From contig CM000155.2 in the NCBI GenBank assembly GCA_000004695.1, forward strand, positions 2,848,001-2,912,000: a DNA stretch of 64,000 nt, written 5' to 3'. Shown here one piece after another: positions 32,501 through 47,173 of the stretch. The notes beneath the pieces are model-generated. The model searched no databases. It saw only the letters and a list, made by a program, of their open reading frames with translations, and was not told the DNA's origin. A program made the translations under genes and the position numbers. This DNA comes from Dictyostelium discoideum. Taxonomy: Eukaryota. The stretch's first letter is position 1, and the number at the start of each line of letters is the position of its first letter.

Positions 32501-35500
32501 TTTATCTGCTATAATTCAACCAGATTTTTCACCAAGATATGCTAGTGGTTTTACAGAGGTTGTTGGTAGGTTAAAGAAATTGTTGGTTGCAACTAATGGT
32601 CCTTTGGTTCCATATCAACAAACTATTGTAAATAATTTAAGGAAACAAATTAAGCTGGCTCATCCCGATTATACAAACGAATATATTGGTAATTTATTAT
32701 TATTTATTTATTAATAATATTATAATATATATTTTTAAAATATTAATTTATTTTAATTATTATTATTTATTATTATTGTTTTTTTTTTTTTTTTTTTTTT
32801 TTATAGACCAATGCTTTGAAATATTTCAAGATTTTGAATCAATGCAAGGTTATTTTCTTGATCCAGGTTAGTATTTTTATTTTTTTGTTTTTAATTTTTT
32901 AAAATTCTCAACTTATTAATTTTTTATTATTTTTTATTTTTTTTTTTTTAGAAAATTATAGAGGAGTAATGGGAGGATTATGGTTTGATGAAAATGATTA
33001 TCGTTATAATGCACCAAAAGTTTTAAAGTATAGTATTAGTGTTGATGCAGATTATACAAATGATAATAATATACAAATTTCTCCAAGATCAGATTCACAA
33101 ATTTATCTTAGACATTATTTTACACAAATTCAAACAGCAGTTGATCAAGCAATTTTTATGGCACAAAATGTTGAAATACCAATGGTTGTAACTGGACAAA
33201 GATTTCCAAACCCTTATATACATTTATGGCAAACTTGGACCGATGGTAGAAATATGATTTTAAAAGAAACTGGTGGTATTTTTATAACTGCAGCTATATT
33301 CGTTGGTTTATTTACAACAATTACAAATATGGTAATGGAAAAAGAGTCAAAGATTCTCGAAGCAATGAAAATCATGGGATTACATTCACTTCCATATTAT
33401 GTTTCAATTGCAATTTCATCATGTTATACAATTATTCCATCAACGATAATTGTAATTGTAGTATTAAAAGGTTCACAATTAATTTGGACAACACAATGGT
33501 ATATTTTAACGATAATTTTAATACTATTTTCAATTTCATTGATTTTATTGGCATTTATTTTATCAAAATTTTTCAATCGTTCAAAATTTGCAGGTCTTGT
33601 TTGTTTTTTAATTGTTTTAATTATGGCAGGAATTGGTATTGCTGTAAATCATATCAATGTTTCAACTACCGTTAAATTAATTTTTTGTTTACTTTCACCG
33701 GTTGCAATCTCTTTAGCAAATTATTCAATGTCAATGAAAGATTTAGAATTAGTAAAAATTGTTAATCCAGATTGGTCAATTATCGTCTCAGAAAATCAAG
33801 TAATTGGTATGTTAATTTTAGATGTAGTTTTATATGCTGCATTAGTTTGGTATATTGATAATATTATCTCTGGTGAATTTGGTCAATCAAAACCATTTTA
33901 TTTCTTTTTAACTAAAAGTTATTGGTGTAAGAAAAATGCCAATGAAAATGATTTGGTCGATTTATCAAAAGCAATTGAATCACCTTTATATTTAAGAAAA
34001 AAGGATTTAGATTATAATAATAGTCAAGATTTTGAATTAAATGAAATTCATTCAAGTAAAGCAACAATCCAAATTAGAAAATTAAGAAAAGAATTTAAAA
34101 CTGGTGATGGTAAAAGAGTTGCTGTTGATGATCTTTCAATTGATATGTATCAAGATAGAATTCATTGTTTTTTAGGCCCAAATGGTTCTGGTAAATCAAC
34201 TACAATTGGGTAATTTATTTTTATTATTATTATTAAAAAATTATATATAATTATTTATTTTATTAATTTTTTATTTATTTATTTATTTATTATTTTTTTA
34301 AATAGAATGTTAACTGGATTAATAACATGTACTAGAGGTAGTGCATTAATTAATGGATTGGATATTAATCAAAACATTGATTTAATTAGAAAGAATATTG
34401 GTGTTGTTTTACAACAAGATATTATTTGGGATAATTTAACAGTATTAGAACATTTAATATTTTATGCACAATTAAAAGGTTATTCAAATTTAAAAGAAGC
34501 GAAAACCGAAGCAAAGAAAATGGGTATTGAAGTTGGTTTAGAATTAAAATTACATAATAAAGCTGGAACTTTATCAGGTGGTCAAAAAAGAAAATTATGT
34601 CTTGGTATTGCATTTATTGGTCCAAATTCAAATATTCTTTTCCTTGATGAAGTTTCAAGTGGTTTAGATCCATTATCAAGATCAGAGGTTCAAGATTTTA
34701 TAATTAGTAAAAAAAAAGGTAAAACAATTATACTTTCAACTCATTATATGGATGAAGCAGATTTACTTGGTGATACAATATCAATTATTGCACATGGTAA
34801 ATTAAAATGTAATGGTTCACCATTATTTTTAAAGAATAGATTTGGTGTTGGTTATTTATTAACAATAACAAAGAAATCCACTGAATTTAATAAGGATTCT
34901 GTTATGGAAATTACAAATAAATATATAAAACAAGCACATATTTTATCAGATGCAGGTACAGAGCTTAGTATTAGATTACCAATGGAATCATTACCAATGT
35001 TTTCACAATATTTTAAACATTTAGAAGATTGTAAAAATCAACTTTTAATTGATAGTTATGGTATTTCAATTTCGACATTGGAAGAGGTATTCTTAAAGAT
35101 TGGTCAAGAAACATTAAAATCAACACCAAATTTCAATGATCCAGCAGTAAAAGAAGCATTATCAACCAAAAGTAGTGGAGTTAAAGTTGGTCAACAATTA
35201 AAAGGTTTATTAATAAAACGTATTTGTACAACTAAAAAAGATTTTAAATCATTTATGTTTTCAATAGTTGTACCATTGATCATATTGGCTTTGGGATTGG
35301 TTATGTATAAAAATATGAGAACTATTGAAACATTTAATGATGTTACAACACCATTAACATTTTCAATTGATGATTATGGTGATAATATTTATGTTCCATG
35401 GTCAATTTCTGGTCAAAATCAAGCTATTGATTTAAGAATTAAAAATTCAATTGGTAAATCAAATCATTCAAAATTATTACCAGCTGATGAGCTAGAAGAT

Positions 35501-37540
35501 TATTTAACATTAAATTATGAAGGTAATCCAGGTGCATTTGCATTTGGTAAAACCATTATAGAAGATATTGAAATGTTAAGTTTTAAAGTTTATTATAATA
35601 GAGATTATTTACATGCACTTCCAATTTATATAAATTTCGTTGATAATTTAATGCTTAGTAATTTAGGTGGAGTTGGTATTCAAACTACATCAAGACCATT
35701 TCAACATATTAAAAGTAAATTTGAATTAGCAACTGAAAAAATTAATTTTAGTGCAATTATTTTCTTTATAATTTTAACATTGGCCGCTTTTGCTTTGGTT
35801 GTTGCATCACATGCTGGTAATATCGCTCAAGAAAGAGCTGCACGTATTAAACGTTTACTTTATATATCAGGTTTAAAAAAATATGTTTATTGGTTATCAA
35901 ATTTAATTTGGGATTATGTTTTAACCTTTATAATGGTGATTTTCCTTGCAGTTGTAGTTGTAATTATTGATTCAAAATTTAGAAACCAATTCCCATTATT
36001 CATTTGTGCTTTGGTTTTATTCGTTACTGCAATTATACCTCTAAGTTATTTATTTTCTTATTGTTGGAGTTCACATGGTAAAGCAACTGGTTTTATATTT
36101 GGTATTCATTTTGGTATTGGTTTATTAATGACAGTTACATGTTTTATTCTTAGAATTTGGGTAATTAAAGATGATAATGATATTTTACAAACAATAACAG
36201 ATATTATCGATTTAGTATTCTTTTTCTTTTCACCATTTTATTGTTTCTCAAAAGTGATGGTAATTATTTCAAATTTCCCAGGTACAACTAGATTGGGTGA
36301 ATCTTATATTGCAAATTATTGGGGTATTAAATTTGGTTTACCACCAGTTTGCTTCCTCGCACTTCATACATTGGTTTGGACAATTTGGATTATGGTATTA
36401 GATTATTATCCAGAATTACGTGGTAAATATAGAAAAGGTAGAAATGAAAAATCATCACCACCACCTCCATCAGATGAAGATTCAGATGTGTCTCATGAAA
36501 GATCAAAAGTTTTATCATTTGAAACTTCAAATGATCCAATTATAATGCGTGATTTCTTTAAACTTTATAAAGGAAAAGGTAAAGCAAAAGATAATCTTGC
36601 AGTTTATAATACATCATTATCAATTCCAAAAGGTCAAACATTTGGCCTTTTAGGTTTAAATGGTGCTGGTAAATCAACCACACTTGGTTGTCTTAGTGGT
36701 GAAGTTATACCTTCTGGTGGTGAAATTTTTGTAAATGGTTTCAATATTCAAACTCAAAGATTAGATGCTCTTCGTAGTGTTGGTTTTTGTCATCAATATA
36801 ATAGTTTAATTGGTTTATTAAGTGCTCGTGAACAAATTAGACTTTATTGTAGAATTAAAGGTATTGAAGAGAGTAAAATCCAAGAAACAGTGGAAGCTTT
36901 TATAAAAATGATGGATCTAGGATCAATTGGTAATTCAAATGTCGCTGGTTATTCAGGTGGTAATAAAAGAAAAGTTGCTCTAAGTGTTGCAATCGTTGGT
37001 AATCCATCAGTTTGCTTTTTGGATGAAGTTAGTGCTGGTGTTGATCCAGTTGTTGCAAGATTCATGTGGAATGTTATCACTGAGTTGAAAAAAGATAAAG
37101 TTATCATTTTAACTACACACTCAATGTTGGAATGTTCAGCAGTATGTGATAGATTAACTATAATGAAATCAGGTAAAATGATGTGTCTTGGTTCAATTCA
37201 ACATATTAAAGATAAATTTGGTTCAGGTTATTCAATCGATGTTAAATTTAAAAAAGAATATCTTTTATCTGGTATAAATTTATTCCAAAAAGAATTACCA
37301 AATGCAAAATTAGTTGATCATCATGATTTATCCGCAAGTTTTGAATTACCAAATTCTTTAGATTCACCAATTCAATTATCAAAAATATTTTCAATTATTG
37401 AAAGAAATTTAAAACCAATTTTAAATGATTATTCTGTTGGTCAAACTTCAATTGATCATATATTTTTAAAATTAACAAATTTAAATCAACAAAAAATTAA
37501 AAATCAACAAAAAGAATCAATTGAAAATCATATAATTGAT

Positions 37541-37574
<34 letters not shown>

Positions 37575-37774
37575 GTTATTTAAAGAATCATAAAAAAACT
37601 ACAAGTAACAATAGTATATTAACCAATAATAGTACAACTAAAAATTTTGGTTCTTCAAACTTTTTAGATCTTGAATCAGATAATACATATTTAAATAATT
37701 TAAAATATTTAGAAGATGATGATTTTAACATTGAAATGCCACCATACCAAAATTCACTTAAAAAATCATTTTAA
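32255..37774 (+). CDS. ABC transporter, A-family full transporter (TMD-NBD-TMD-NBD), 5-exon model
   Basis: Exon 1 is 32255..32387 ([20 protein letters not shown]...GILFGLL, donor GTATGT, phase 1). Exon 2 is 32500..32688 ([17 protein letters not shown]...HPDYTNEYI, donor GTAATT). Exon 3 is 32807..32866 ([20 protein letters not shown]). Exon 4 is 32952..34209 ([15 protein letters not shown]...[12 protein letters not shown], donor GTAATT, phase 2). Exon 5 is 34306..37774. NBD1 signature [17 protein letters not shown]; NBD2 Walker [11 protein letters not shown] and signature [17 protein letters not shown]; these with the large extracellular loop after TM1 are ABCA hallmarks. The exon 2 acceptor lies after an unusual 38-nt poly-A run. 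Confidence 0.8.
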
Positions 37775-37889
37775 AAAAAAAAAAAAAAAAAAAGGGTTAT
37801 AAAAAATAAAAAGTTTATATTTTAAATAAAAAGCTTTATTTTATATTTTTTTTAGTTTTCAAAATTATTTATAGATATAGACCCACATC

Positions 37890-37920
<31 letters not shown>

Positions 37921-38334
37921 AAATTTAAATAACTAGATAATAAATAAATAATAAAATTAATTACTTAATTCAAAAAAAAAAAAAAAAAACCAACCAAAAA
38001 AATAAAAAAAGTGGACTAATTATTTTTTTTAATTTTTTTTAAAAGATATTTCAGGAGATATGGATAATTTTGGAAACCAATTTTTTTTTTTTTTTTTTTT
38101 ATAAAGGTGGGAATTATTTTTATTTAAATTTTTAAATTTTTTTTTATTAAGTTGGGAATTATTTTATTTTTTAAAAAAAAAAAAAAATATCTTCTTTAAA
38201 ATATCTTGATCAACTAAAAAAAAAAAAAATGCAAAACACAAAAAAAAAAAAATTCGAAAAACAAAAAAAAATCAAAAAAATCTTTTAAATATTTTTTTTT
38301 ACAAATAACCAAACAAGTCATAAAATTAGTAATT

Positions 38335-38795
38335 ATGAAAAAAGATTTTTTTCTTTTATTTATAATACATTTATTAATTTTTTTATGTAATTGTCAAACT
38401 AATATTCCTGGAGATTTTCCAAATTATTATTTAACAATTTTGGAAACAAGTTCAGAAGGAAATGGGACTTTCTCAGCATACCCTTCTGTTTCTAATCAGC
38501 AAATATGTACATTCAATTACAATGCATTGGTTCAACATCGAGTAATAGATGGTAACGTAAATACATTGGTATCATCATCGAATGAGATTAAAATAGTTCC
38601 AATGTCTAGCAGTGGTGATTGTAAACTATTTTCTTTAGTTGGTACTTTTAATACTGGTACATCTATTAGTATTAATTTGACTGCAAACTCTGAAGCAAAC
38701 TTTACAATTAATTATACTTGTAATGGTAATTTTTAATAATTTAAAATTTTAAAAGTAAATTAAATAATTTATTTTATTAATTTTATTTATTTTTA

Positions 38796-38848
<53 letters not shown>

Positions 38849-39573
38849 TTAAAATTTCGGAAATTGAAGTTGTAATTTTAAGACCATTTGTTGTTTATGA
38901 ACATCAAATGTTCCTTTCCTCATTTATGTTAAAAGGAATGGGTGGTCATATTTTTAATCAAATAGAAGTCCAAACAAAAGATTCTGGTGTAATGGGTTCT
39001 TATACAGATGTTGGAGGTTTTTTATTTATTTGGAACATATTCTATATAATTGATAATATTAATAATCCCTATTGGAATATAACAATTGCTTTAGGAAATG
39101 ATAATAAAACTATTTCATTTAAATCTCTTTATTCAGAATGTATGTATTAATTTTTAATTTTTAATTTTTTTTTTTTTTTTGAATTTATAATCTATTCTCT
39201 AATTTTAATTATTTTTTTTCAAAAAGATTCGTTTGAACAATTACCACAACAATTAAATGAGTTAATATTTTATCCAGAAAATTATAATAATCAAACTTAT
39301 TCACAATTTGGTTTTGGATCTAATCCATTTTTAACAACAAGTTTCAAAAGTGAAGTTTTTCCTCCATTTCAATTTCATTTTCAAACCTATGCTTACCCAA
39401 AACCTATTAAAGGATCAAAGAGTGAAATGGTTTTTGGTTTAGAATTTCTTGGTTCGAATGATCCATCTCATCCTTTTACCAATACCCTTATAATTCAAAA
39501 TAAAACATCGATAATTAATTCAACAATTGATTCAGTATGTAAAAGTAGGTTTATTTAATTTAATTTTCAAAAA

Positions 39574-39669
<96 letters not shown>

Positions 39670-40392
39670 TATAATTTTCTAGCTAACACTATAATATACC
39701 CAATAAGTCTTCCCACCTCCTTCTTTTCCAGAGGTTGGAAATAGAATTTTATTACAAGGAGAAGAAATTTTTAATTTTATTGTAACTAAATTAGAATATT
39801 ATTTTTCAGAATTTGAATTTAATTATAATGGAAAATCATTTATTAGAGGATTTCCTTATGGTTTTTATAGAGGTTCAAATGATAACCAAACACTTAGTTG
39901 TTCATTTAATAATCCATTATTCTTAAGTGACCCATCATTTAATTTGAAAATTATCAATGGAGACCAAATTGTTTTTAATTTTGATCCAATAGCAACAATT
40001 TGTAAGTTTTTACATTTTAAAACTACAAATCCAATTATTCCAATTATTTATTAACCATCTTATTTATTTAGGTAAAAGTATTAATACTCCACCAAGTATA
40101 ATAAGTTATAATTTTATACCAATTAATTCATTAACATGTTTATTAACTATAGAATTTAAATCTGATAATGGAGTTTATTCTATTAATGTTGGTCAAGAAA
40201 CATTTGGTTTGGAATCACTCACCAGTGGTAATTCAAGTATGGGTACTTTTGAATTTATTTTTAATATTATTTATTCACCAATTAATTTAAGAGTTACAGA
40301 TTCCTGTGGATTATTTTCATCTTTTAATCATGGTGATATTATTTCAATGTATCCTTTACTTCAATATAAAGTTCCAGACTATTTATTAAATA

Positions 40393-40429
<37 letters not shown>

Positions 40430-40885
40430 ATACAATAACTAATTTTTAAATCTTTTTTTTTTTTTTTTTAAAGAATTTTCATATGATACTTTTAATATAA
40501 CATTTGAAAAAAATGAAGTTAATTTATTAAATAAAACGGGGTATAATATTCTTTATATAGATGGAAATAATTTATCACGATATAATACATTAGGTATTTT
40601 ATTATATGATCAAGTTTCAGTCACCCTTTATGATCTAAATTTTATTGATAATGTAGTTCCTTGTGAATATAATGGTATAGAAAATAGATTTGAATGTAGA
40701 TTAATTATTCCAAAAAACAATATTTATGATTATATTAGATATGTACTTGTATTTGGATCAGGTAATAGATTAATGTATTCTGGTAATTTTCCGATATTCT
40801 CAACATTAAAAGTTAGTGATTCATGTAAGTAAATTCTGAATTACTTAAAAAAAAAATATATTGTTGTAAAAAAAATAAATATTAA

Positions 40886-40919
<34 letters not shown>

Positions 40920-43055
40920 ATTTGGATAATGATGGTCCAATTTTTAGTTTAATAGAAAAGATAGATGGTATTGATTTTGTATCAGGTATTAAACAAATTG
41001 GTTGGAATTTTACAATAACTGATGATTTAAATGGATTTGAAAAAGGATACATAAAAGTAATGGGTTCATTAGATAGTTCAACCTATGAATTTAATTTTAC
41101 ATCATTAGATTTTATTGAAGGAGATAAATGGAATGGAGTTTATTCATTATTAATAAATGTATCTTCAGCATGTTGTTCTCAAACTTTAACAATTACAAAT
41201 GTTATATTATATGATACAAATAATATCGTATCAAAATTTTCAATTTTTCCTAGAAAATCCTGGGCAGATACTCTTACAAATCCATTTAGAAATTATTATA
41301 AAAGTGGAATGAATATAACAAAGATCAATATATCTTGTGATATTGAATTATTTCCACAAGATGATTCAAATCCCGTAATATTATCAACATTTAACATTTC
41401 CACAAATATTTTAAATGTAATTGGTACAAATAGGGATGTAACAATTGATTTTTCAGTTATACCCTCAACATCAGGTTTAAAATTAGATCAATTACCAGTG
41501 GTTTATATTCATGCTAACCCAAATTCTTTAATTGATTGTAAATCAAAATTAAAAAGTCATAATCAAACATTAGTTGTTTATTCATGTACTATTGAAATTC
41601 CACTTGGATTTGGGTATCCTGGTAATTTATTATTTTCAATTTATGGATTCATTAATAATGCAGGTTTTTATAATGGAATTTTATCAGAAGATATTGAACT
41701 AATTGGAGCACTCAATTATATTTATACAACACTATCATTGGATGAACCAACAATCACTTCAACATCATACATTTATTCTGATACAACCCAATTTCAAATT
41801 TTTGGTAGAGGTTTATCTAAAAGTTTTAATGTTAATATTTATTATTCTACATATAATTTAACAGTACCTCCAAAACAAACTAATAGTTCATTTTTAACAA
41901 TAAATATTAAGCCATCAAAAGATCCATTTAAAATTCAAGTTGAAACATTAAATCATAAATCAAATATTTTTACAATTTATCCAATTTATTTTGATTTAGA
42001 TCGTAATGAAACAAATCCAACTCAATCACCAACTCCAACTCAATCACCAACTCCAACTCAATCTCAAAGTAATTTATGCAAAGGTAATCCTCAATGTGGT
42101 GGTCCAAACCAAGGAGTATGTAGTTTAAATGGTTGTATTTGTTTTTCACCTTGGATGGGTTCATCTTGTAATTCTCAAATTATAATTGTACCACAACCAA
42201 CAATTAATACAACAAGCCCATCAACTGTGATTCCAATACCTAATAATTCAACAGATTCATCAAGTTTATTATATAGTACATTAATTTCAATTGTATCATT
42301 AAGAGAATTAAATTTTAATGGTGGTCAAGAAAAAATATTTTATTTTGAAAAATGGATTTATTCAAATATTAATGATTATAAAAGTATTTATTTTACAACA
42401 ATCCCATCAGTAAATTCAAATATAACAGTAACATTAGAATGGTATAATTCAAGTTCAATTATTAAATTTGCAAATGAAACTTTTACAATGAACCCGTCAA
42501 GTATTAAATATACAATTGAAATTGATGGGTATCAATTTTCAAATAAATTAAATAGTCTTCAATTGGTTTTATCAGCATCATTAGAAACTAATAAAGAAGA
42601 TGTTTGTTCATCTAAAGAATTTTGGTCAACTGATACTACTAGTGATTATTTAAAAATTCAAATTGAAGATCATTCTCTTTACGGTAGATTTATTAAGAGG
42701 AATTGTCAATGGTAAACCAACAACTATATCAAATCAATTTTTAGATAAATTTCTTAATACAATTGATGAACCTTCATCAGTTCAATCATTCATTGGTATT
42801 ACAATTCCAAATTTTTCAAAAAATATTACCATTGACCCAGACTTTTCTGTTCTTTTTGATTATTCTAAAGATTCAAACTCAAATTGTTATTCAAATTCAA
42901 AACTATCAGGTTCTCAAATTGCCGGTATTATAATTGGTTCTGTATTGTTTGTAACAATAATAATAATATCAATTATCTATTACATTATTAAAAAAAGAAA
43001 ACAAAAAATATTTTTAAAAAATATTGGAGGTAAACTTCAAAAAATAAATAAATAA
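38335..43055 (+). CDS. Large secreted/type-I membrane glycoprotein with EGF-like Cys-rich module and C-terminal TM + short basic tail (tgr/lag-like family), multi-exon
   Basis: Coding blocks are phase-joinable. 38335..38732 has the signal peptide MKKDFFLLFIIHLLIFLCNCQ, donor AATG|GTAATT. About 38846..39139 is EVKISEIEVVILRPF..., 39226..39545 is YSFEQLPQQLNEL..., about 39690..39996 follows an (ATT)n-containing intron, then blocks 40040-40392 and 40470-40830. The long exon 40922..42683 has CKGNPQCGGPNQGVCSLNGCICFSPWMGSSCNS (EGF-like) and many N-glycosylation sites. The terminal exon 42745..43055 holds TM IAGIIIGSVLFVTIIIISIIYYII followed by KKRKQKIF. The last intron, 42684..42744 (GTAGAT...TTTTAG, 61 nt), is inferred and weak. 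Exact exon ends in the middle section are approximate. Confidence 0.5.
39574..39669. repeat. (ATT)n microsatellite inside an intron of the tgr-like gene
   Basis: Perfect ATT repeats spanning about 96 bp. Confidence 0.9.
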
Positions 43056-43270
43056 AAATAATAAAAAAATAAAAATAAAAATAAAAATTAAATTAGCTTT
43101 GAAACTAATTGGGTTTATAGGTTTATTGATTTGTAATAATATTTTTAAATTTTTTATTCTATTTTTGTTTTGTTGAATGTTTTTTTTTTTTTTTTTTTTG
43201 TTCAGTTTGTTTTTATATATATTTTTTTTTTTTTTTTTTTTTAAAAAATAAACCATAATTTAATATAATT

Positions 43271-46200
43271 TTACATTTGTCTTGAAACTAATTCAGCATA
43301 GAAACCATTTTCAGCTAATAAAGTTTCATGAGTACCTAATTCAACTACTTTACCTTCTTTTACGACTACAATTAAATCAGCATCAATAACAGTTGATAAA
43401 CGATGAGCAATTACAATTGAAGTACGACCTTTAGAGACATTATCGAGTGCAACTTGTACTACTTTTTCAGAGACAGTATCTAAAGCAGATGTAGCCTCAT
43501 CTAATAATAAAACCTTTGGATTACGAATAATAGCACGAGCAATTGCAACACGTTGTTTTTGACCACCAGATAATTGAGTGAATTTATCACCTAATTGAGT
43601 ATGATAAGCATCTGGAAGTGATTCAATAAAAGTATGAGCATTTGCAGCTTTTGCAGCTTCAACAACTTCATCCATTGTTGCATCAGGTTTACCATAGATA
43701 ATATTTTCAAAGATTGTACCACTAAATAAGAAAGGTTCTTGACCAACTAAGCCCATATTACCTCTTAACCAATTCAAATTTAAATCTTTAATATTTACAC
43801 CATCAATAGTGATTGAACCTTGAGATGGATTATAAAAACGTTCAAGTAAAGAGATAACCGATGATTTACCACCACCACTATTGCCAACCAAAGCTACTTT
43901 TTTACCATGTGGAATGACTAAATTAAAACCTTGGAATACTGCTTTATTTGGACGTGATGGATAAGAGAATTTAATATCTTTAAATTCAATATCACCTTTG
44001 AACTCTGGTAAAGTTTGACCTTTATTTTCAAATGGATCAATTTCTGAAACTCTATCGATAAGACTAAAGATTGCTACGGCAGCTAATTTAGCTTTACCTA
44101 AATCTGGCATAAATGCCATTGATTGACCAACACCCATAGCAGACATAATAATTGCAAAGAATACTCTCATCATCATTGAAAAACCTTCAGTTGTAGTGAA
44201 AGATTTAATACAAGTAGCTTCATCGGTATAGCCAATATTAGCATATTCACCATTGTAACAATAAGTTTCTAAAGTTGATTCTTTTGCTGGCCATTCACCT
44301 GAATCTACTAATTTACCACCATACCAATAGGTGAGTGTATAAATAAAGAAGAGAGTACATTGTGAGAAACCAAAAGATAAACCACTAACATTTGATTTTC
44401 TAAAACTCATTTGAATTGGTTTTTGAAGACATTGACGGAACTTTTCCAAGATTTTATTTTCACAAGTGAATGAAGAAACTGTACGAATACCACCAATTGC
44501 TTCAGATGCAACTTGACCACATTCAGCATAAGCCTCTTTACCTTTTTGAGAGAAACCTTGGAAGAAATCCATTTCAACTTTACCTGCAAAACCAATTACA
44601 GGTACACATGCTAAAACCACCAAAGTTAATTTCCAACCACTAACAAATGCAATTACTAAACCAGCAACAATTGTAACAATATTTTGAATTAATAAACCAA
44701 GACGTTGTGAAGTCATACCTTGAACTAAAGTTGCTTCAGTTGCAAGATTTGCTGTTAATCTACCAGTTGAATTCTCTGTTAAATCAAACCAACCAATATC
44801 TTGTCTCATAATTGATTCAAATGATAATCTACGAAGATTAAATGTTAATTTCTCTCCAATGAATGTGAAACAATAAATTTGAATAAAGTTTGCCAAAGCT
44901 GCAACAACTGCCAATAAAATAAACCATAATGCCATATTTCTTGAACGACGAGTCAATTCATCAGTATCTTGTTCTTGGAAAATACCCAAAATCTCTGAAA
45001 AGATAATTGAAAATACTGGCATAATTGCACCATTTAATGTTGCACCAACCAAACCAATTAAGAAATGTGGCCAATCACCTCTACTCAATTTTAAGATACG
45101 ACCAATTGGTACAGATTTTTCTTGAGGTTTTTTTTCTTTCTTCTTTTTCTTTTTATTATCATTATCATTTACTAAACCAATGGTTGAAGTTTCTAAACTA
45201 TCGGCACCAATACTTTGAATTGATTTATCAATTGAAATACTACTTGGACCAATATTATTATTACTTTCATCTTTTGATGATTCTTTTGATTTCTTTTTCT
45301 TTTTTTTATCACCATCATCACCACCTTTTTGTTGTCTATTAACCAATTGAGTGTAAACACCATTTAAAGCATATAATTCTGGATGAGTACCAATTTCAAC
45401 GATTGCACCACCTTTAACTACAGCAATTTGATCAGCATCTTGAATTGTTGATAAACGATGAGCAATTACAATTGTGGTACGACCAATCATTAATTTTTCA
45501 ATTGATTGTTGTACTAATAATTCATTTTGAGAATCTAAAGCCGATGTGGCCTCATCTAATAATAGAATCTTTGGATCTTTAATCATTGCACGAGCAATTG
45601 CAATACGTTGTTTTTGACCACCAGACATTTGAACACCTTTTTCACCAACTTGAGTATCATAACCCTCTGGTAAAGCACTAATGAAATCATGAGCATTTGC
45701 GGTTTTACAAGCTTCAATAATTTGATCCATAGTTGCATTTTCATTACCATAACGTATATTTTCAGCGATTGAATTTGCAAATAACACTGGTTCTTGTGAT
45801 ACTAAACCAATATTTCTTCTTAGTGAATGAATATTAATCTCTTTAATATTTGTACCATCTAAATAAACTTCACCTTCATCTGGATCATAGAAACGTTCTA
45901 ATAAACCAATCACTGAAGATTTACCACCACCACTATCACCAACCAATGCAACGGTTGTACCTTTTTTAATGGTTAAATTGAAATTATTGAAAATTTTAAC
46001 ATCTGGACGTGATGGATAAGAGAATCCAATATTTCTATACTCTATATTACCTTGAACAGTTTCTTCAATTGATCTACCTTCAGTAGAGAATGGGTCGATT
46101 TTAGAGTTACGATCAACAACCTCATAGATTTTAAAAGCTGCACCTCTACCATTTGCAAATGATGCAACATTTGGACTTGCTTGACCTAATGCCATAGCAC

Positions 46201-47138
46201 CCATAATCACTGAAAAGAATACAGTTAATACATCACCACCTTGCCATGGTCTATCTGGTACTGGATTCCATTTTCTATCGACAATTAATTTACCACCATA
46301 CCAAAATGATAACGAATAAGTACCAAATAATACTAAAAATACTAAACCAATACCAATACCATTCATTATACCTTTCTTTGTACCAATATCTAATGCTTCC
46401 TTTAAACGTTCAGTATAACGTTTAACTTCAAATGGTTCACCTGAAAATGTTGAAACAGTTCTAATTGATCCAATCTTTTCTTCTGCAACACCACCAGCTT
46501 TTGCATATGCATCTTGACCTTTCTTTGTTAAATCTGCCATCATTTTTGTCATAAATGCTCCTGCTGCTGCAATTAATGGTGTTAATGCAAAAATTACTAA
46601 AGTTAATTGCCAACCTATAATATATTATAATAATAATAATAAAAAAAAAAAAAAAAAAAAAAATTATTGTTAATTTAATTGAAAAAAAAAATAAGAAAAG
46701 AAAAGAAATACAAAAAAATAAATAATAATTATAATTTTTACCATTTACAAAACCAACAATAAAACCACAAATAAAAGTTGAAGTATGATGTAAGAAATTA
46801 CCAATTTTCTCACCAATTGCTTCTTGGAATAATAAAGTATCACTACTAATTCTAGTTGAAAGTTCACTAGATTTTGTAACATCATACCAACCAATCTCTT
46901 GTTTAAGAATTGCTTTTAAATAAGCTTTTCTACATCTAACTGCTTGACGTTCACCTGCTAACATCCAAAATGCTACTTCAACATATGAACATACAAAAAC
47001 ACCACAACCAATATAAATAAAATACATTGCATTTGATGTAACTGTTTCAACTAAATCAAAATTTGGATCCGCTAAATTTTCTGGTGAAAATGAATTCATT
47101 AAACGACCCTATAAAAAAAAATATATAAAAATGAAAAT

Positions 47139-47173
<35 letters not shown>

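Noticed and set aside
33421-34613. ORFs 33421..33675(+) and 34422..34613(-)
   Set aside because: Alternative frame or antisense within ABCA exons 4 and 5.
41970-42164. ORF 41970..42164(-)
   Set aside because: Antisense within the long tgr-like exon.
44407-45780. ORFs 44407..44595(-), 45025..45342(+), 45583..45780(-)
   Set aside because: Alternative-frame or antisense within the ABCB full-transporter exon 4.
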